This document shows positions 50,265-64,000 of a stretch of 64,000 bases of DNA, in pieces. The position numbers and the translations under genes were made by a program. The stretch comes from Calcarisporiella thermophila CBS 279.70 (Eukaryota; Fungi; Calcarisporiellomycota). The stretch spans positions 1 to 64,000 of the forward strand of contig NW_027192222.1 in assembly GCF_041956535.1 (NCBI RefSeq). The letters run 5' to 3'. The notes under the pieces are model-generated. The model made no database searches, was not told the origin of the DNA, and saw only the letters and a program-made list of their open reading frames with translations. Within the stretch, counting starts at the first letter, position 1, and every line of letters starts with the position of its first letter.

Positions 50265-50385
50265 TTTAGCAAGTTTATTTCAAGTTTCAATCATTTCAAA
50301 CATTGTTTTTCCAAAAATATTTAGCAGTCATAAAATCGCGTGTACTCCAATTTTAGAAAGCGAACTCTTCGGCATAAGGGTTGAT

Positions 50386-53022
50386 ATGAGCCAAAATTCC
50401 GCCTTGGATCTCCAACTTTACGGCATTGCAAACCTCTGTTACCTACCACCGGAGTATTCACTCGAATCTAGATCCCAATTTTATGGGCATTTTATAGCTT
50501 TTCCTACCAAGGCCATTTTTACGATTCGAGGCAGTCGCTTAAATGAAAATGAATGCCCTGAATCGAATCCTTGTGAAGAGATTCCAGAATACTTCTCGTT
50601 TATAATATCTCAATCATCGGAAACTTGGACAATACCTGTGGTGAAAAGATTGGGTGGCGATGCTGGTCGTCTGATGTCTGAGGATGAAGGTGAATCGTTT
50701 CTATTTGAAACTCAATTAATAAAGGTGGATGGGGAAGCAAGAGCTCACATCAGGAGATATATGAGTAATCTTTCAACAAGAATTGGAGACGGTGAAGGGA
50801 TCGTAGTGTGCATAGGTGAAATGAAGATGCGACTGGTGGAGGGGTGATGATTTTACCACCGCCTTCATGTATATATGTATATAACATTTATCCCCTTAAG
50901 CTTCTCACAGACTTCCTCTTACTATATCTTTACCATTAACAATAAGCTAATATATCCATCAGCTTTTGCTAAAATACATCTATCATGGTATTTTGCTCAT
51001 TTTAAACCATCCTCTTAGAAACATGTAACGTGTCTTTTAGTGCAAGTGCGGACAGAGAAGTTTTTGGCCTAGCTTTGTATAGACAACCAGCTATCCACTG
51101 GCTTATTGTAGGAGAAAAGGGATTTATAAAACGCTCTTTTAACACAAAAATTTTCTATGTATGAGCAGACTCCCAAACTTATATATAGCAGGGTAATCTT
51201 CATTGTAAAATTGCCAAAAAATATTTGTAAGCATAGTTTAGTTCCGAGAATAATAGTTAATACTGCTCAATAGTGCAATTATCTGACCTGGTTTCTGCAA
51301 ATCATCAAGGATTTAACGTTGTTGTGAAGGGGAAAAAGCGTTAGTAGCCAGTCAATATTTGTAAGAGTATTCGTAGGACCATCCTCAGTTTCATTGTAGA
51401 GATGTGAGGTTTTTAATAGAAACAGAAAAATAGGATCAAAAATCAAACACGAAAAGAAATGTTCAAAAGACCCAGAAATAATTTACGCAATAAATAATTA
51501 TTCTCTCCTAGTTAAATCCTCATCGTTCGCGGACGATTTTTGAAGTTTTTCCTGTGCTTTCTTTTGTGCCCCCATATACAGAGATCCACCAACTGCTGCC
51601 AAAACTGTCGCTCCCTGAGCTAGCACACGCAATCTCATCATACGATTGGCATGTTCACGGTTTCCTTGGCGCAACGCAATGGTTGCTGCAACAAGCGCAA
51701 AGACCGTTACTCCAATTCCTGGAATTAGAAAGCATAAGCATTAAAGTTATAAGAGAAATTTAAATTATAGACACCTATTGGGACAATCGGCTCTTGTTTC
51801 GATTTACGCTTGATACGATCCCATACGAATTCGGGTTCTGACATATTTTATTAGATCAAAGTCTCCCGAGTCGTTTTAAAAATCAACACTTTTTCCCGTA
51901 CGAATGTGGCTAAGCCACCCAACACGACTTTAAATTTTGCCACCATTTTATTTTTTTTTTTTTGTTGCCAAAGTTTAGTTCTTAAAGAATGCACCCGATT
52001 GCAAGTACACGCTTCAAGGAAGCGCGAGGAGGCATTTAGGATATTTCTGAACCGGAAATAACTCATTAACACTATAATATATATTAATCTTGTTTATAAT
52101 AGAAAAAGAGAAGCCTTTGCGCATTCCACTCCGCGATAAGTCCAATTCACAAATTCCTAAACCCACTCAGAGACCGTGTCCGCGAGAATCAGTTAGCGAG
52201 CGAAAACTATTCAATCTAAAACCACTTCATTCTAAAAAGAGAGCGGTTGGTATTTGTAACTGAATCTCACGGTTTATAACATTCATTCCATGAATCAAGT
52301 CCATTATTACGATATCCTTGATAATATCTTGTTCATCTGTGGGTGTTGTTTTTATTTGCTTTGGATAGACAAAACAGCTCGCAGTACCAGGGAAACAGCT
52401 ATGTTTATCGTCGGATACTGAAGAGTTGGCGGAGATGGACCTTGAACAAGGTGAAAGCGGTCCAGGGATAGAAGAGTATATGTTGGAAAGGAACAAGCCT
52501 GATAAAGTGTCATCGGCGGTGGGTGGAGTATACCGCTATTTTGTTAGTTTTGTAGAGGATGATATGGTCCCCATACGGTGGAAGAAGAGTGTGGAAAAGC
52601 ACAACATAGAGAAGGGGAAAGGGGAGAAAGACTCTGTGAATTGCGAAGAGTCTGAGCTTGATACTAATGCGCAGAGTCCAGATAAGAGCAAAGGCTGTAC
52701 CCCTTCCCATATTGAATTTAGAGGGGTAGAGGGGGAGTATGCTTTCTCCCAAAATATCTCTCCAGTCCTCGCGCCCAACGCACCCACCAAATCTCCCAGC
52801 TCCCACTTTTTAACTCCAGAGTCGCCTTCACAATCACTTCCTAGCATACCTTCACCTGAGCTTAAGCCCGCGGCATTGTTTCCTCCTCCACCAGGTCGTG
52901 ATCCTTCTTCCTTAAAGCCTACAGTACGTACTCGCACAGATTTTTGGTATCGAATAGAGACAGATCCACTACCGCCGACAAAGAGTGATGATGAACTTAA
53001 GCAGGCTTACTATACTCCTTAA
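50386..53022 (+). CDS. Uncharacterised multi-exon protein with Pro/Ser-rich C-terminus (exon chain not fully resolved)
   Basis: 153-aa first ORF, intervening short exons flanked by GT/AG, and ORFs 51554 and 52426..53022 on the same strand. Confidence 0.55.
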
Positions 53023-53336
53023 AAGTTTACATACTATTCTGCAGAGCATTAGCATTGAGACAGCGAATTTTTTGTATGGAATAAAAAAACATCATTTCTT
53101 GCTTGTTGCAAATAACATAAAATCAAATAATTATAGATATAAACAGTTCTAGAGTTACAAAAAAGAAAAAAATTGCTCTTGAAAAATAAAATAAACGGAA
53201 GTTTTAACAAAAAAAACATCACATTATTGCCACTCATCTCTAGAGTATTATCCCCTTTAAGATATATAATAAGTCTATGACGACGTATATGTAGTAACAC
53301 GTATGCTAGATTAGATGAAAGCTCATATAAAATTTC

Positions 53337-55289
53337 CTAAATATGCTCTGGCGCCCTAAACGAGAATTCATGGACTGCATAAGGAAAATCAAAATCTCGT
53401 GTGCTTCTCAGTCGCATAAATCGGTAACCAGGCTCTTGCAAAATGAACTCGCAGTCAAATATCTTTCCTATATGCGTGCTCTTCCACCACAGCCAGCCTT
53501 TCTCGCTTCTTCTTGCGGGGGCATCGGGTCCCAGCTCGCGGCAAACCACTTCAGGTAAAGGAGGGCCAACAATAGTCCAACTTATACCGTCTTGAGAGGT
53601 TTCGATAACAAGCGCAGAAAAGTAGTCCTTGTCTTGAGATATAAGAAGGCGATATATGATTGGAAAAGGAACAGGGAAAAGGAGATCTAATCCGATATAA
53701 TCTCCTTCTGCAATATCTGATTAAATGCATGGTATATAGTTAAACATATTTCTCACGGGTATGTAAAGTTTAACAAATCGCTTTAATTGATAACTTACTC
53801 TCATGGGTTCTCCATACCGTTGAATCCTTTCCGTCTACGGCAAAATGATAGGGAGAATTAAAAAAGTCATTGGAATCATGGTACCGTTCGTGTAGAGATT
53901 CGCTTTCGCTTATGTTCAAGGAAGGATTGTAACGGAATAATCGGACGTCCGGGAACGAATGCTTGCTTGCTAAAAAGAGACAGCGATCGTTATGGCAGGG
54001 GGAACGAACATCGCGCTGATAGATGGTAGGACTGAGCTCTTGGGTCTGGAAAACGCCAGTGCCACGAGAGAGATTATCATATAGTCTTGTCAAGCCTTTG
54101 TGCTGTTAATTGGAAAAAGGTAGACACAAAGAGGCAGTGCTCAGTTAAATCTCTGCACGATCCAATTTATTAAAATTGTCTGCATTGTGATCCTACCATA
54201 TAAATCTCGTTCCTTCTCCACCCATCTCCTGCGCTGAAAGCTTTGTATTGAGGCAATTCTACAAGATCGTTTTCAAGTTGGTAGGGCGGCTGGTTCATAT
54301 AGGTAGTGAAATACATATCTCCGTAGGCGAATTCAGTAGGGTCCATCTGTGTTTCGGATGCAAGCCTCATAAATCGAACCACATTTTCTCGCGACACAAA
54401 AGCACCGGTACCAACCCACGAAAAACAAGTATGTAGATTGACCGCTAAAAGGCGGAGCGCCAAGTGTTAGTACAGGATAGTGTCATAATAGAATTGAGCC
54501 GTTAGGGGAAATGGATACTCACCATCATCGAAAAAGCACCAGCGCCAAGTAGCAGAATACACACGCTCGTTGGTATCCGTGTGTACAAGGTGCGGTGACC
54601 GCAAAAAGTTGGCGTACATACTGCGTAGATTTTTCACCAGCCAATCATCGTCCTGAAAGAAGCAGTAGGGAGTGCTTGCCATAGAACATGCCATATAGCG
54701 TGCGATGAAAAGCATATTGCCAGGCGAATTATACACTTCCACTTTGCTAGGACAATGTTTTGCAAACATCTAAGAAAATGGGATACCAAGTCAGTATACG
54801 CATCAAAACATTGGTTCAGACGCTCGTTCCAACGCCAGCATATTAAAACAGTATATCAACCATTACCTCACGAGTTAAATGCACATTCTGGTTGTTATTC
54901 CAAATCATTATGGTCTTAAACATTTCGTATTTACATAGATGTTGCACAATCTCTTTCAAGTTTTTCAATCGCATCCAATTCAGTAACACTGCAGTTACTT
55001 GTCCTGCGCCGTCCTGCGGATAGATTTTCGCCATTAGATCCATTTCTCTATCCCCGCTACCTTTGTCTCTAGACCATGGAGAGAAGAAATACAAGTAGAG
55101 AACAAAGAGGGCAGCAAAGGTAAAAACAACAGCGCGATTGTGTGTTCGCGATTTTCTCAGTGTGCCATGTCTTATTCGGGAAAATTTGCGCAGCAAGGAA
55201 AGTGGGAAGGAAGGTCGGTGGCCAACGAACTGGTCAGTATTGACGTTAATGTGCACATGTGAGCGAGCATGGAATTTCGGCCGAACCAT
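53337..55289 (-). CDS. Type II membrane GT-A glycosyltransferase (GT64/EXTL2-like) with C-terminal beta-sandwich-like domain
   Basis: Single TM AVVFTFAALFVLYLYFF, VTAVLLNWMR, IMIWNNN, ARYMAC and CFFQDDDW (DxD); C-terminal FAVDGKDSTVWR. Confidence 0.75.
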
Positions 55290-55582
55290 CGAATACTGCC
55301 AAGAATACTGTACAATTCACCAGCGTGTTTTTCTAGCGTGCGTTTCTGGTACACTATCGGGATCAAGTGGAAGATGATGAAATCGAAGAAATTCTGTAAA
55401 AGCGGAGGAATATAGGCAATAATATTTTATGGTAATGGATATGAATGCAATAAAAAATACTGCGCCGCCATCTGAGCTCAATTTAGTGACCGGGACTGCG
55501 TAATCACCTACTCTAGTCGACGCGTGCTCTTTTTTCTCGATTTTATCATTAGGAGAACCGCAAAAACTAGACTGTGCTTACT

Positions 55583-57520
55583 ATGTCAACAACCAAAATT
55601 AAGGAAGATTTGAGTCCCGCTGTGGATGCTGCAATGCCACAGGCCGAGGAGCTTGCTAGAGTGAGATTTCACACACTATATTCCCCATGGATTCCGCTGA
55701 TCGCTTCATTTCTTCTTTATTAGCAAAATAAGTTAAGTGAAGCGATCGAGAAGCTGCTCGTAATTGAAAAGAAAGCACGGCAGGTAAATCACAAGTCTCC
55801 ACGTCTACTACTCCGACATCAATACAGATCGATTTCTAATTTTAAACAGGCCGAAGATCTTGCATCAACCAGCCGGATTCTCGTCGGGATCATTCGTCTA
55901 TGCTTTGAAGCCCAGGAATGGCAGCTATTGAATGAGAATATCGTATTACTTTCTAAGAAGCACGGTCAGCTCAAGCAGGTACGATGTTGACTGGGTTCCT
56001 GGGGCATATTTCGACATCAAAATGCTTAATCATTTTTCTCTCTTTAGGCGGTGACTAAAATGGTTCAAGAGGCCATGACCTATATCGACCGTACGCCGGA
56101 CGAGCCCACCAAGTTAGAATTGATTGATACATTACGTACGGTTACCGAGGGCAAGGTAAATATTGGATATCATTCTATTGCATAATATATTTAAGAAAAA
56201 TACATGGTCACTTTATTGTTAGATGTATGTGGAAGTGGAACGAGCACGCCTAACGCGGATGCTGGCCAAGATCCGAGAAGAGGAAGGAAAAATCGCGGAG
56301 GCTGCTGATATCCTACAAGAGCTCCAGGTGAGAAACTCTTCAAGGATCTCCGCATAGAGCATTTATACTGATTGAGATTTTCTTTCATTTGCTTGATATG
56401 ACAGGTCGAAACTTTCGGTTCCATGGAAAAACGAGAGAAGACCGACTTCATCCTTGAACAGATGCGTCTCACGCTGGCAAAGAAGGACTACACCCGCATG
56501 CAAATTATCAGCAAGAAGATCAATACGAAATTCTTTGCTGTTACCGAGAATCAGGTCGGCTTTACTTTAGATTCGCGCCAATACTGCCCCTGAAATTTAC
56601 ACCGTCTTTTACCTACCATAGGATTTGAAGCTGCGCTACTACGAACTTATGATATACTATGCTCTTCACGAGAACCAGTACTTGAATGCCTGTAAATACT
56701 ATCGCGAGGTCTATAATACACCTTCAGTGCTAGACGACGAGGAGAAATGGAAAGAGGTAATCCATTTCAATTCAGCTCGCCCGCTATAATTGTTGACCTG
56801 ATTTATCATCTTTGAACAGATTCTGCAAAATGTAGTTCTGTTTGTAGTGTTATCGCCGTTTGACAACGAGCAACATGACCTCATTCACCGTATCTACGAG
56901 GATGAGCGGCTAAGCGCGCTTCCACTCCACTAGTAAAATGTCTCTGCATTCGGGAAATTAGACCAGAGTTATTGAGATTTATTTTCTCATTTTTAGTGAG
57001 CTTGTCAAATGCTTTATCACCAGCGAACTCATGCGGTGGCCAAGGATCGAAGAGATATACGCAGAATCCCTGCGACAGTCCTACGTGTTCGGGGTGGGCG
57101 ACGAAGGGGGAGAGCGGAGGTGGCAAGAGCTTCGCGACCGTGTTATTGAACATGTATGGTTTTAAGCTGATGCTGTGAATTTTTTCCATTGCTGCTACTT
57201 ACACCACTTTTATCATGTCGCTACCGCAGAACATCCGGGTGGTGGCCAAGTACTACGACCGCATCACAACGAAGCGACTGACCCAGCTGCTGGACCTAAC
57301 CCCCGATGCCACGGAGGCATTCTTGTCGAAGCTGGTCGTGTCGAAAACGATATATGCACGGATTGATCGACTGGATGGGGTGATCACATTCACCACCCCA
57401 AAGGATCCCAACGACGCGCTGAACGAGTGGTCTGATAATATCAACACGCTGCTGGGCTTGATCGAGAAGACATGCCACTTGATCACAAAAGAAGAAATGG
57501 TGTCGCTCATTTCTTCCTGA
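55583..57520 (+). CDS. RPN5: 26S proteasome lid subunit Rpn5/PSMD12
   Basis: [41 protein letters not shown]|NIRVVAKYY and YARIDRLDG (PCI). Confidence 0.97.
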
Positions 57521-57890
57521 TTCGACGCTGTGGGAGGATTCATGGGCCTGAGCATATTGGGTTGCTCGAGAATGCTACATTGCAATACTTTTTTTTAATT
57601 AAACATTTGTTTATCTGTGAGAAGGGCGGGTGTGCATTCTCTGCCGTTGCAGCTCAGGTGCTCCGCGATGCATGCACGGAGTGGGAGCAAAAAGAAATTT
57701 GTGATGCAACCGGAAAATTCTTTTAAGACTAAGGAAAAACCTGATCTCGGGTTCTCCCAACTTTCTTTTGCCCTAAGAGCTTCCTTCTCCGGCTCTGTAC
57801 GAGGAAAGCTTGCGGCGATAGAGTTGATACCCATCCCCTGTAGTCAAATCTGCAACATCCACTCTCATTACTCCCTGAGTGCCCAAACCA

Positions 57891-60043
57891 ATGATGGGGG
57901 ACGATATCTTCAGCACCATCCCCAAAATCAGATCGCTCCCTCTGCCCTCCCATCAGAACTCATTTGTTTTTGTGATTGAAAGCCCGGTCGAGCATCTTCA
58001 ATCCGTTCCAGAAAAGGCCCAGAGCCCCATTTCAGACGACCATGCCGGTAAGACATCCGAGTGCGCATTACCTGCAAGGGCATGCGAAATGTGCCGCATG
58101 AAGAAGGTAACTAAGAGGCCCCACTCTCGATGCATTAAAGCTTTGGTATCGCAGTACATCTGCGCCATCCTTACTCCATCAATCCCTTGCACCTAAATGT
58201 TGATTACTTGTCCATTTCTTAGAATCGCTGCAGCCGCGAACTTCCTTCCTGCAGACGTTGCGTCAAAGCGGGCGTGAAATGCGTCTACGCTGAACACACC
58301 GACGTCGCTGATTTCGTGCAGATGTTCGCGCAACGCCTAAACCAGGAGGCAGCGCGCGCGTTGCAGTATCAGCACCAACTGGACGACTTTTGGAATTCGC
58401 TCATTAAGCCCCTGCCCCTTCTATCCTCCTCGAGCAACAGCAGCGACTCGAGCAATAGCAGTGATGAATCGAGCGTAGGGGATCGTTTTTTGAATCTGCC
58501 GCGCTCTTGGTCGCTGATGCAGACTCCGCAGGGTATAACCATCCAGACCAACCTCCGCACGATTGGAGACCTCTTCGCGTTTTGTAACGCCAACCTTAGC
58601 GGCCCTTCTCTCCAGCCCCTCCCCTCGTGGCGTACCCCACGACGTCGTAAAAGGTCCAAAACTCCCCCCGTCACCATAGAGATCGTCCTGGCGCGGCAGT
58701 ACGGCCTCTACTGCAACAAAAACTACACACAGGAGCTTGTGTCCACGCGTTCCTCCACCCACTTTCCCATCATCATTGCCAAACTTATACAGCTGATAAT
58801 GGACTGCCCGTTTCTACACAGAGTGATTCCGCCGGGAAGATTCCTGAGGGAGCATAAGCAAGGGACCCTGGATCCCGCGGTGTGGTGGGCCGTCATTGCA
58901 TGGACAGCTTGGCACGCATACACTCAACACCAGATGGCAGAGCACCACATGCTCCCGATAGTTGCCCGTTCCGCCTTTGCCAATGCAGAAAAACTATTGG
59001 TAAATTGCTACTTTCCAGTTGTAATAAGAGGGGGGACCACATTTATAACTTAACCCTATCTGTGTTTCTATCATGGATAGAAAGAGAAGTTCGACGACCC
59101 ATCCATCTCCACGATTATTGCCGCAATGGCACTCCACTATTGCTGCCTCTACGGGGACAAGAGCACCGCGTATCTCTCCCTGGCGCGACAGCATTTGGAT
59201 GCATTGCGCCTCGCAAACTATGAGCAGAATCTCCCACCCCGCGAGGCCGAGCACTTCCGACGCGCAGCACTACTAGTGGGATTCTTTGAGTACATGACGG
59301 CTCACTTTGTGCTGCCGGGTTTCCCAGCAAGCGAGGAGTTCAATTTTGAGGTGCATCGCTTGCCTGATGACGAGCCAGGCAGCTTTGAGTACGTCCTCTC
59401 CGATCTGGAAAGCGCCCTCACGCTGAGAGAGGTGGATTGCCTGCTGCGGCGCAAGGATACGTACCCCTCTGAAGACGAATACGTTGCTCAAGTTCAACAG
59501 CGGGTCTCGGAGCGGTACACGGGTAGGCAGGCTATTGTGGGGCGAAGTGATTTTTGGACCAAGGTGACACGCAATGCAAAATCCAGGCTGGAGGCAGAGT
59601 ATGAGATTGCGGTATTGTCGGGGTTTGTGCAGGTGCACAGTTCGCTCTTCATCGCCGCGACGTCAAGCCTGCTTGACCAACGGCATCATCCGGCGGGAAA
59701 GTCTCCGCCCAAACAGCGAAGATCAGAGTGGAGTTTGGCGGAGAACCTAGCCTACGATGTGTCGATGTGGGCGGCCGATCGCATGGTGATGGTCATGGAG
59801 CGCCTGGTGGAGATCGGCGAGTACTGTCTCATTGCCGAAATGACAGAAGGGCTCAACAGCGCCTTCAAGGTGTACACCCAGCTCTATAAGTGCGTGACCT
59901 CCGAACGGAAGCTGGCTAGCCGGAGATGTCTCTCCGTCCTGGCCGTGCTGCGGTCGTGTGCAGCGATGGGTTTGAGAGAGCCGCGGGAGCTGTTCAACCA
60001 AATCAAGCAGTTCGTGGATGAGAATGGAATCGAGGATAATTAA
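57891..60043 (+). CDS. Zn(II)2Cys6 transcription factor
   Basis: ACEMCRMKK|NRCSRELPSCRRCVKAGVKCVY across an intron, followed by a fungal TF middle-homology-like region. Confidence 0.88.
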
Positions 60044-60746
60044 TTGATGTATTATTTGCTCTGTTGTTTGTACTTCATTTCATCATTCGCGTGTTCTTTG
60101 ATATTTCTGTTTTTATTTTTTTTTTAAACTTCGTCCTACTGTTTTATTTGCTCTCCTCCCTCCTCCCCCTCCTCAGCTCCCCAGCTCCCTTGGATTCTAT
60201 AATTATTCCCAACTTATTCCCTCCTCCCCCTACATATTATCCACCTCCTATCTCTTGTACTCATGAATATATCCTTTACCAATGAAGCAAGAAAAGCGTG
60301 GCAAACTATTTGTATTTCCATGAATTCTTGACCTTGCTTTGCAAATAGCCCACACCCTGTCTTATCCCTACCTACCATCCCTCCTACGGCGGGTGGGCAC
60401 GTGTGTCCGTGCTCGGAATATGCAACTCTGTCGTTGATTTTGCTCAATGGACTATGCCGTTGTAAAATTAAGTTGAATGCAATTTTAGGACAATCTAATC
60501 ATTCCCCTCATCCTCTATAGCTGTACGTAACCTTATTCCCTCCCCTTCCTCCACATCCCTCTTTCATCCTTGCTTACAGCGACTAAGAGGATAAATGGTA
60601 TTTAATTAGGTGATGCATACCACAGTTAGACCAGTCAAATTGGAGCAGTGTCACAGATATCCAAGTGTGATAAATGGTTAATTAGATGCCGAAAATATTA
60701 TACAAAACAACGAAGAAAAAGAAAAATAGGTCATATGTACATGCAT

Positions 60747-61630
60747 TCAGAGAATTGCCTCGCATACATCGCAAACACTACACAGTGCAATCACTCCAGT
60801 TGCTTCTTCACAAGAGATGAGAACCTCACCAGGGCACTCCTTGCTATGCTCCTCCACTATGAATGCTATCCGCTTCCTTCCGTCCGCATCAATGGATAAG
60901 CCACAGCTGGCGCACTCTATACCTCCGGCATGGGTGGTTATGATATTCGGACTACTGCACCGAAAACATGCACGAAAGCAAGGATGATTAGAGGAGAGAG
61001 TAGATTCATATGCGTGAATAGTGTGTGCAAGATCGGATTCTTCTTGCGCAAGAATAGTGTCGAGGATTGGATCATACTCGGACTCTGAAGCAACCATGCC
61101 ATAAGTTAGCTCGTAGGCGAGAAAGGACGCATAGTAAGAGAGGGAATAAAGTGAAGCAGTGCTCACCGTGTTTAATCTCATTCACAAAATCGAATTCCAA
61201 TAGATTATCCATCTCAACATTTCCAACCTCGGCCATATAGGCTCGCTCGTGTTCCTCCTGAAATCGTTTCCATTCCTGTGCAACCACATCACGTAACCAC
61301 TGTTGAAGAGAATTGAATCCGACACAAAGTTTTAGAGATCATACTATAATACCACCGAGTATGGAAAATTCTTACAGCATCTTCGTTGCAATCCACATTA
61401 CCTTCGCTTATGAGGCCGTTTCTTCTTTTGTTTATCGCTTCTTGCCGAGATAGTTTGATGCGTTCGACGCACTGCTGTTTAAATCGATCTCTCCATTGCT
61501 GGCTAGCTGGCTGCAGCAGTCGTCGCCGCGTTGTGTGATTGTGGCGATGCCGAGACATAGGGGGAGATGCGATGGATCTTGTTGAGCTGCCTTGCTTTAG
61601 ATGACCAGAGAGTTGGGGTATTGATATCAT
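60747..61630 (-). CDS. RPAIN: RPA-interacting protein (RPAIN/RIP)-like
   Basis: WRDRFKQQCVERIKLSRQ N-terminal motif and a C-terminal Cys/His Zn-finger array (CFRC, CASCG, EHSKEC, CSVCD). Confidence 0.8.
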
Positions 61631-61879
61631 TAAAGCATAGAATGGTTGTCACGATGGATTGGCAGAGGCAGTAAACTTGTGCAAGATACAGATGGAATTT
61701 CGACCTCGCAGGTGTGATTCATAGATGCAAAAGCCAGTCACGCTGGAAAACGTCATTCGAGTGGAGGCAGAAATAAAGTGTAGCTTTATTTACAAAAAAA
61801 AAAAAAAAATAATGAAATCAACAGAAGCATTCACACGAGAAAACCACGCAAAATTATGAATGATTAAAAAAGTAATAGT

Positions 61880-62872
<993 letters not shown>

Positions 62873-63043
62873 GAAACGATATCGAAAATCCTTGGAGATC
62901 TATGAGATCTAAGACTTGCATGCGCGAGATAATATTCCTTTGAAGCTCAAAAAAAGACCTTGTTGTGACTGCTAGAGGCTTAGAGCAACTTTGAAATTCG
63001 ACACCAAGTGGATTGAAGGGTAGCGAAGGACATCACAACGGCA

Positions 63044-64000
63044 ATGTCGTCCAAACCAAAACCGAGCAAAGAGGAGGTTCGGCGACTATTTTCGCAAACA
63101 CGTAACACACGCCAAGAGAGAATTAATTCTCCTCTCGCACGCTACGATGCTCTCGGTAAACTCTCATGTATTGTGTGCAACTGCGTGATTAAGAATGAAG
63201 CAATCTGGAGTGCCCATTTGGGGAGCAAGCAACACAAGGAAAATTTTGCCGCTCTAAAGGATGCAAAAGAAAAACTGGTAAAACAGACTAAAACGGGAGA
63301 AAAAAGGAGACAGGAAGAGGAAGATCGGGTAAGAGGAGACGGAATGCGGGAGGATGAATTGAATGGCAAGAAGAGGATTAAAGTAAATGAGGAAATAGAA
63401 ACGCAGAATGAGGTGATGCCCGAGCAGAAGAAATCGGAAGAGGAAATAGAAGAGGAGGAGAAGGAAGGCTCGCTACCTGCTGACTTCTTTGATGCTCAGG
63501 ATGCTAGAACAAATACAGCCGCTCCGCATGAGGAAGAAGATGAAAATGCACCCACGCTGCCAGCTGATTTCTTCGATGTGCCACCGTCCAAAACCTCCGA
63601 GGCCCCAACTGAGAATCGAGAGGATGCCATTTCAAAACTTCCTACCGACTTCTTCGACTCGACCAAAAAACCTGCCGCCTCCGTTCCTTCCTCCGCCAAT
63701 ACCAAGGCTCTTGAAGAGCTCGAGAAAAAGGTTATTCAAGAGGGATATGAGCTATTCAAGAAAGAAATAGCGGCAGAAGAAACTCAAACTGCTGCTGCTG
63801 AGCCTCCGACAGCTGGACCTCCGACAGCTGGACCTCCGACTGCTGAACTGGGGGACGAGGACGACTTTTTGCGCGATCGCGACGAGGCACAAGCGTTCCA
63901 ACAGGATGTGCTAAGGGATCGTCTCATGCACCTGAAACAAGCCCGTCAAGTGGGACAACCGAAATCCTATGCCGAGCTCAAATTGGAGAGAAACATGTAC
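63044..64000 (+). CDS. ZNF830/CCDC16-like zinc-finger splicing-associated protein (runs off window end)
   Basis: RINSPLARYDALGKLSCIVCNCVIKNEAIWSAHLGSKQHKE and LPADFFD motifs; the frame is open to the window edge. Confidence 0.8.
   Translation, partial: MSSKPKPSKEEVRRLFSQTRNTRQERINSPLARYDALGKLSCIVCNCVIKNEAIWSAHLGSKQHKENFAALKDAKEKLVKQTKTGEKRRQEEEDRVRGDGMREDELNGKKRIKVNEEIETQNEVMPEQKKSEEEIEEEEKEGSLPADFFDAQDARTNTAAPHEEEDENAPTLPADFFDVPPSKTSEAPTENREDAISKLPTDFFDSTKKPAASVPSSANTKALEELEKKVIQEGYELFKKEIAAEETQTAAAEPPTAGPPTAGPPTAELGDEDDFLRDRDEAQAFQQDVLRDRLMHLKQARQVGQPKSYAELKLERNMY
63803..63847 (+). repeat. 15-bp coding tandem repeat (cctccgacagctgga) x~3
   Basis: Directly visible; encodes PPTAG repeats. 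Confidence 0.85.

Overview
Eukaryotic, intron-rich fungal DNA with short GT-AG introns, most consistent with an early-diverging (zygomycete-type) fungus; the taxon is inferred. The left ~29 kb is an accessory-looking block. It holds three paralogous 7TM/GPCR-like genes, a secreted DUF4360 protein, a DUF1295 membrane protein, an M36 fungalysin, a small secreted protein, L-lactate dehydrogenase and a bacterial-type DAACS transporter. The right half is a compact housekeeping block (DCP2, HRD1, SR protein, S10 carboxypeptidase, RRN5-like, GT64-like, RPN5, Zn2Cys6 TF, RPAIN, NUDT21, ZNF830-like). It is interrupted at 39-45.6 kb by a transposon patch: a hAT transposase with one nonsense codon, a partial hAT duplicate, a MITE-like foldback and a duplicated gene fragment. 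The top candidate for a novel system is a 7-exon gene (1520-4025) that splices a complete 7TM receptor in frame to a LaeA-like class I SAM methyltransferase, with competing splice donors at the junction. The second is a fungalysin carrying a strictly periodic Lys/Cys-rich C-x4-C-x10 tail.
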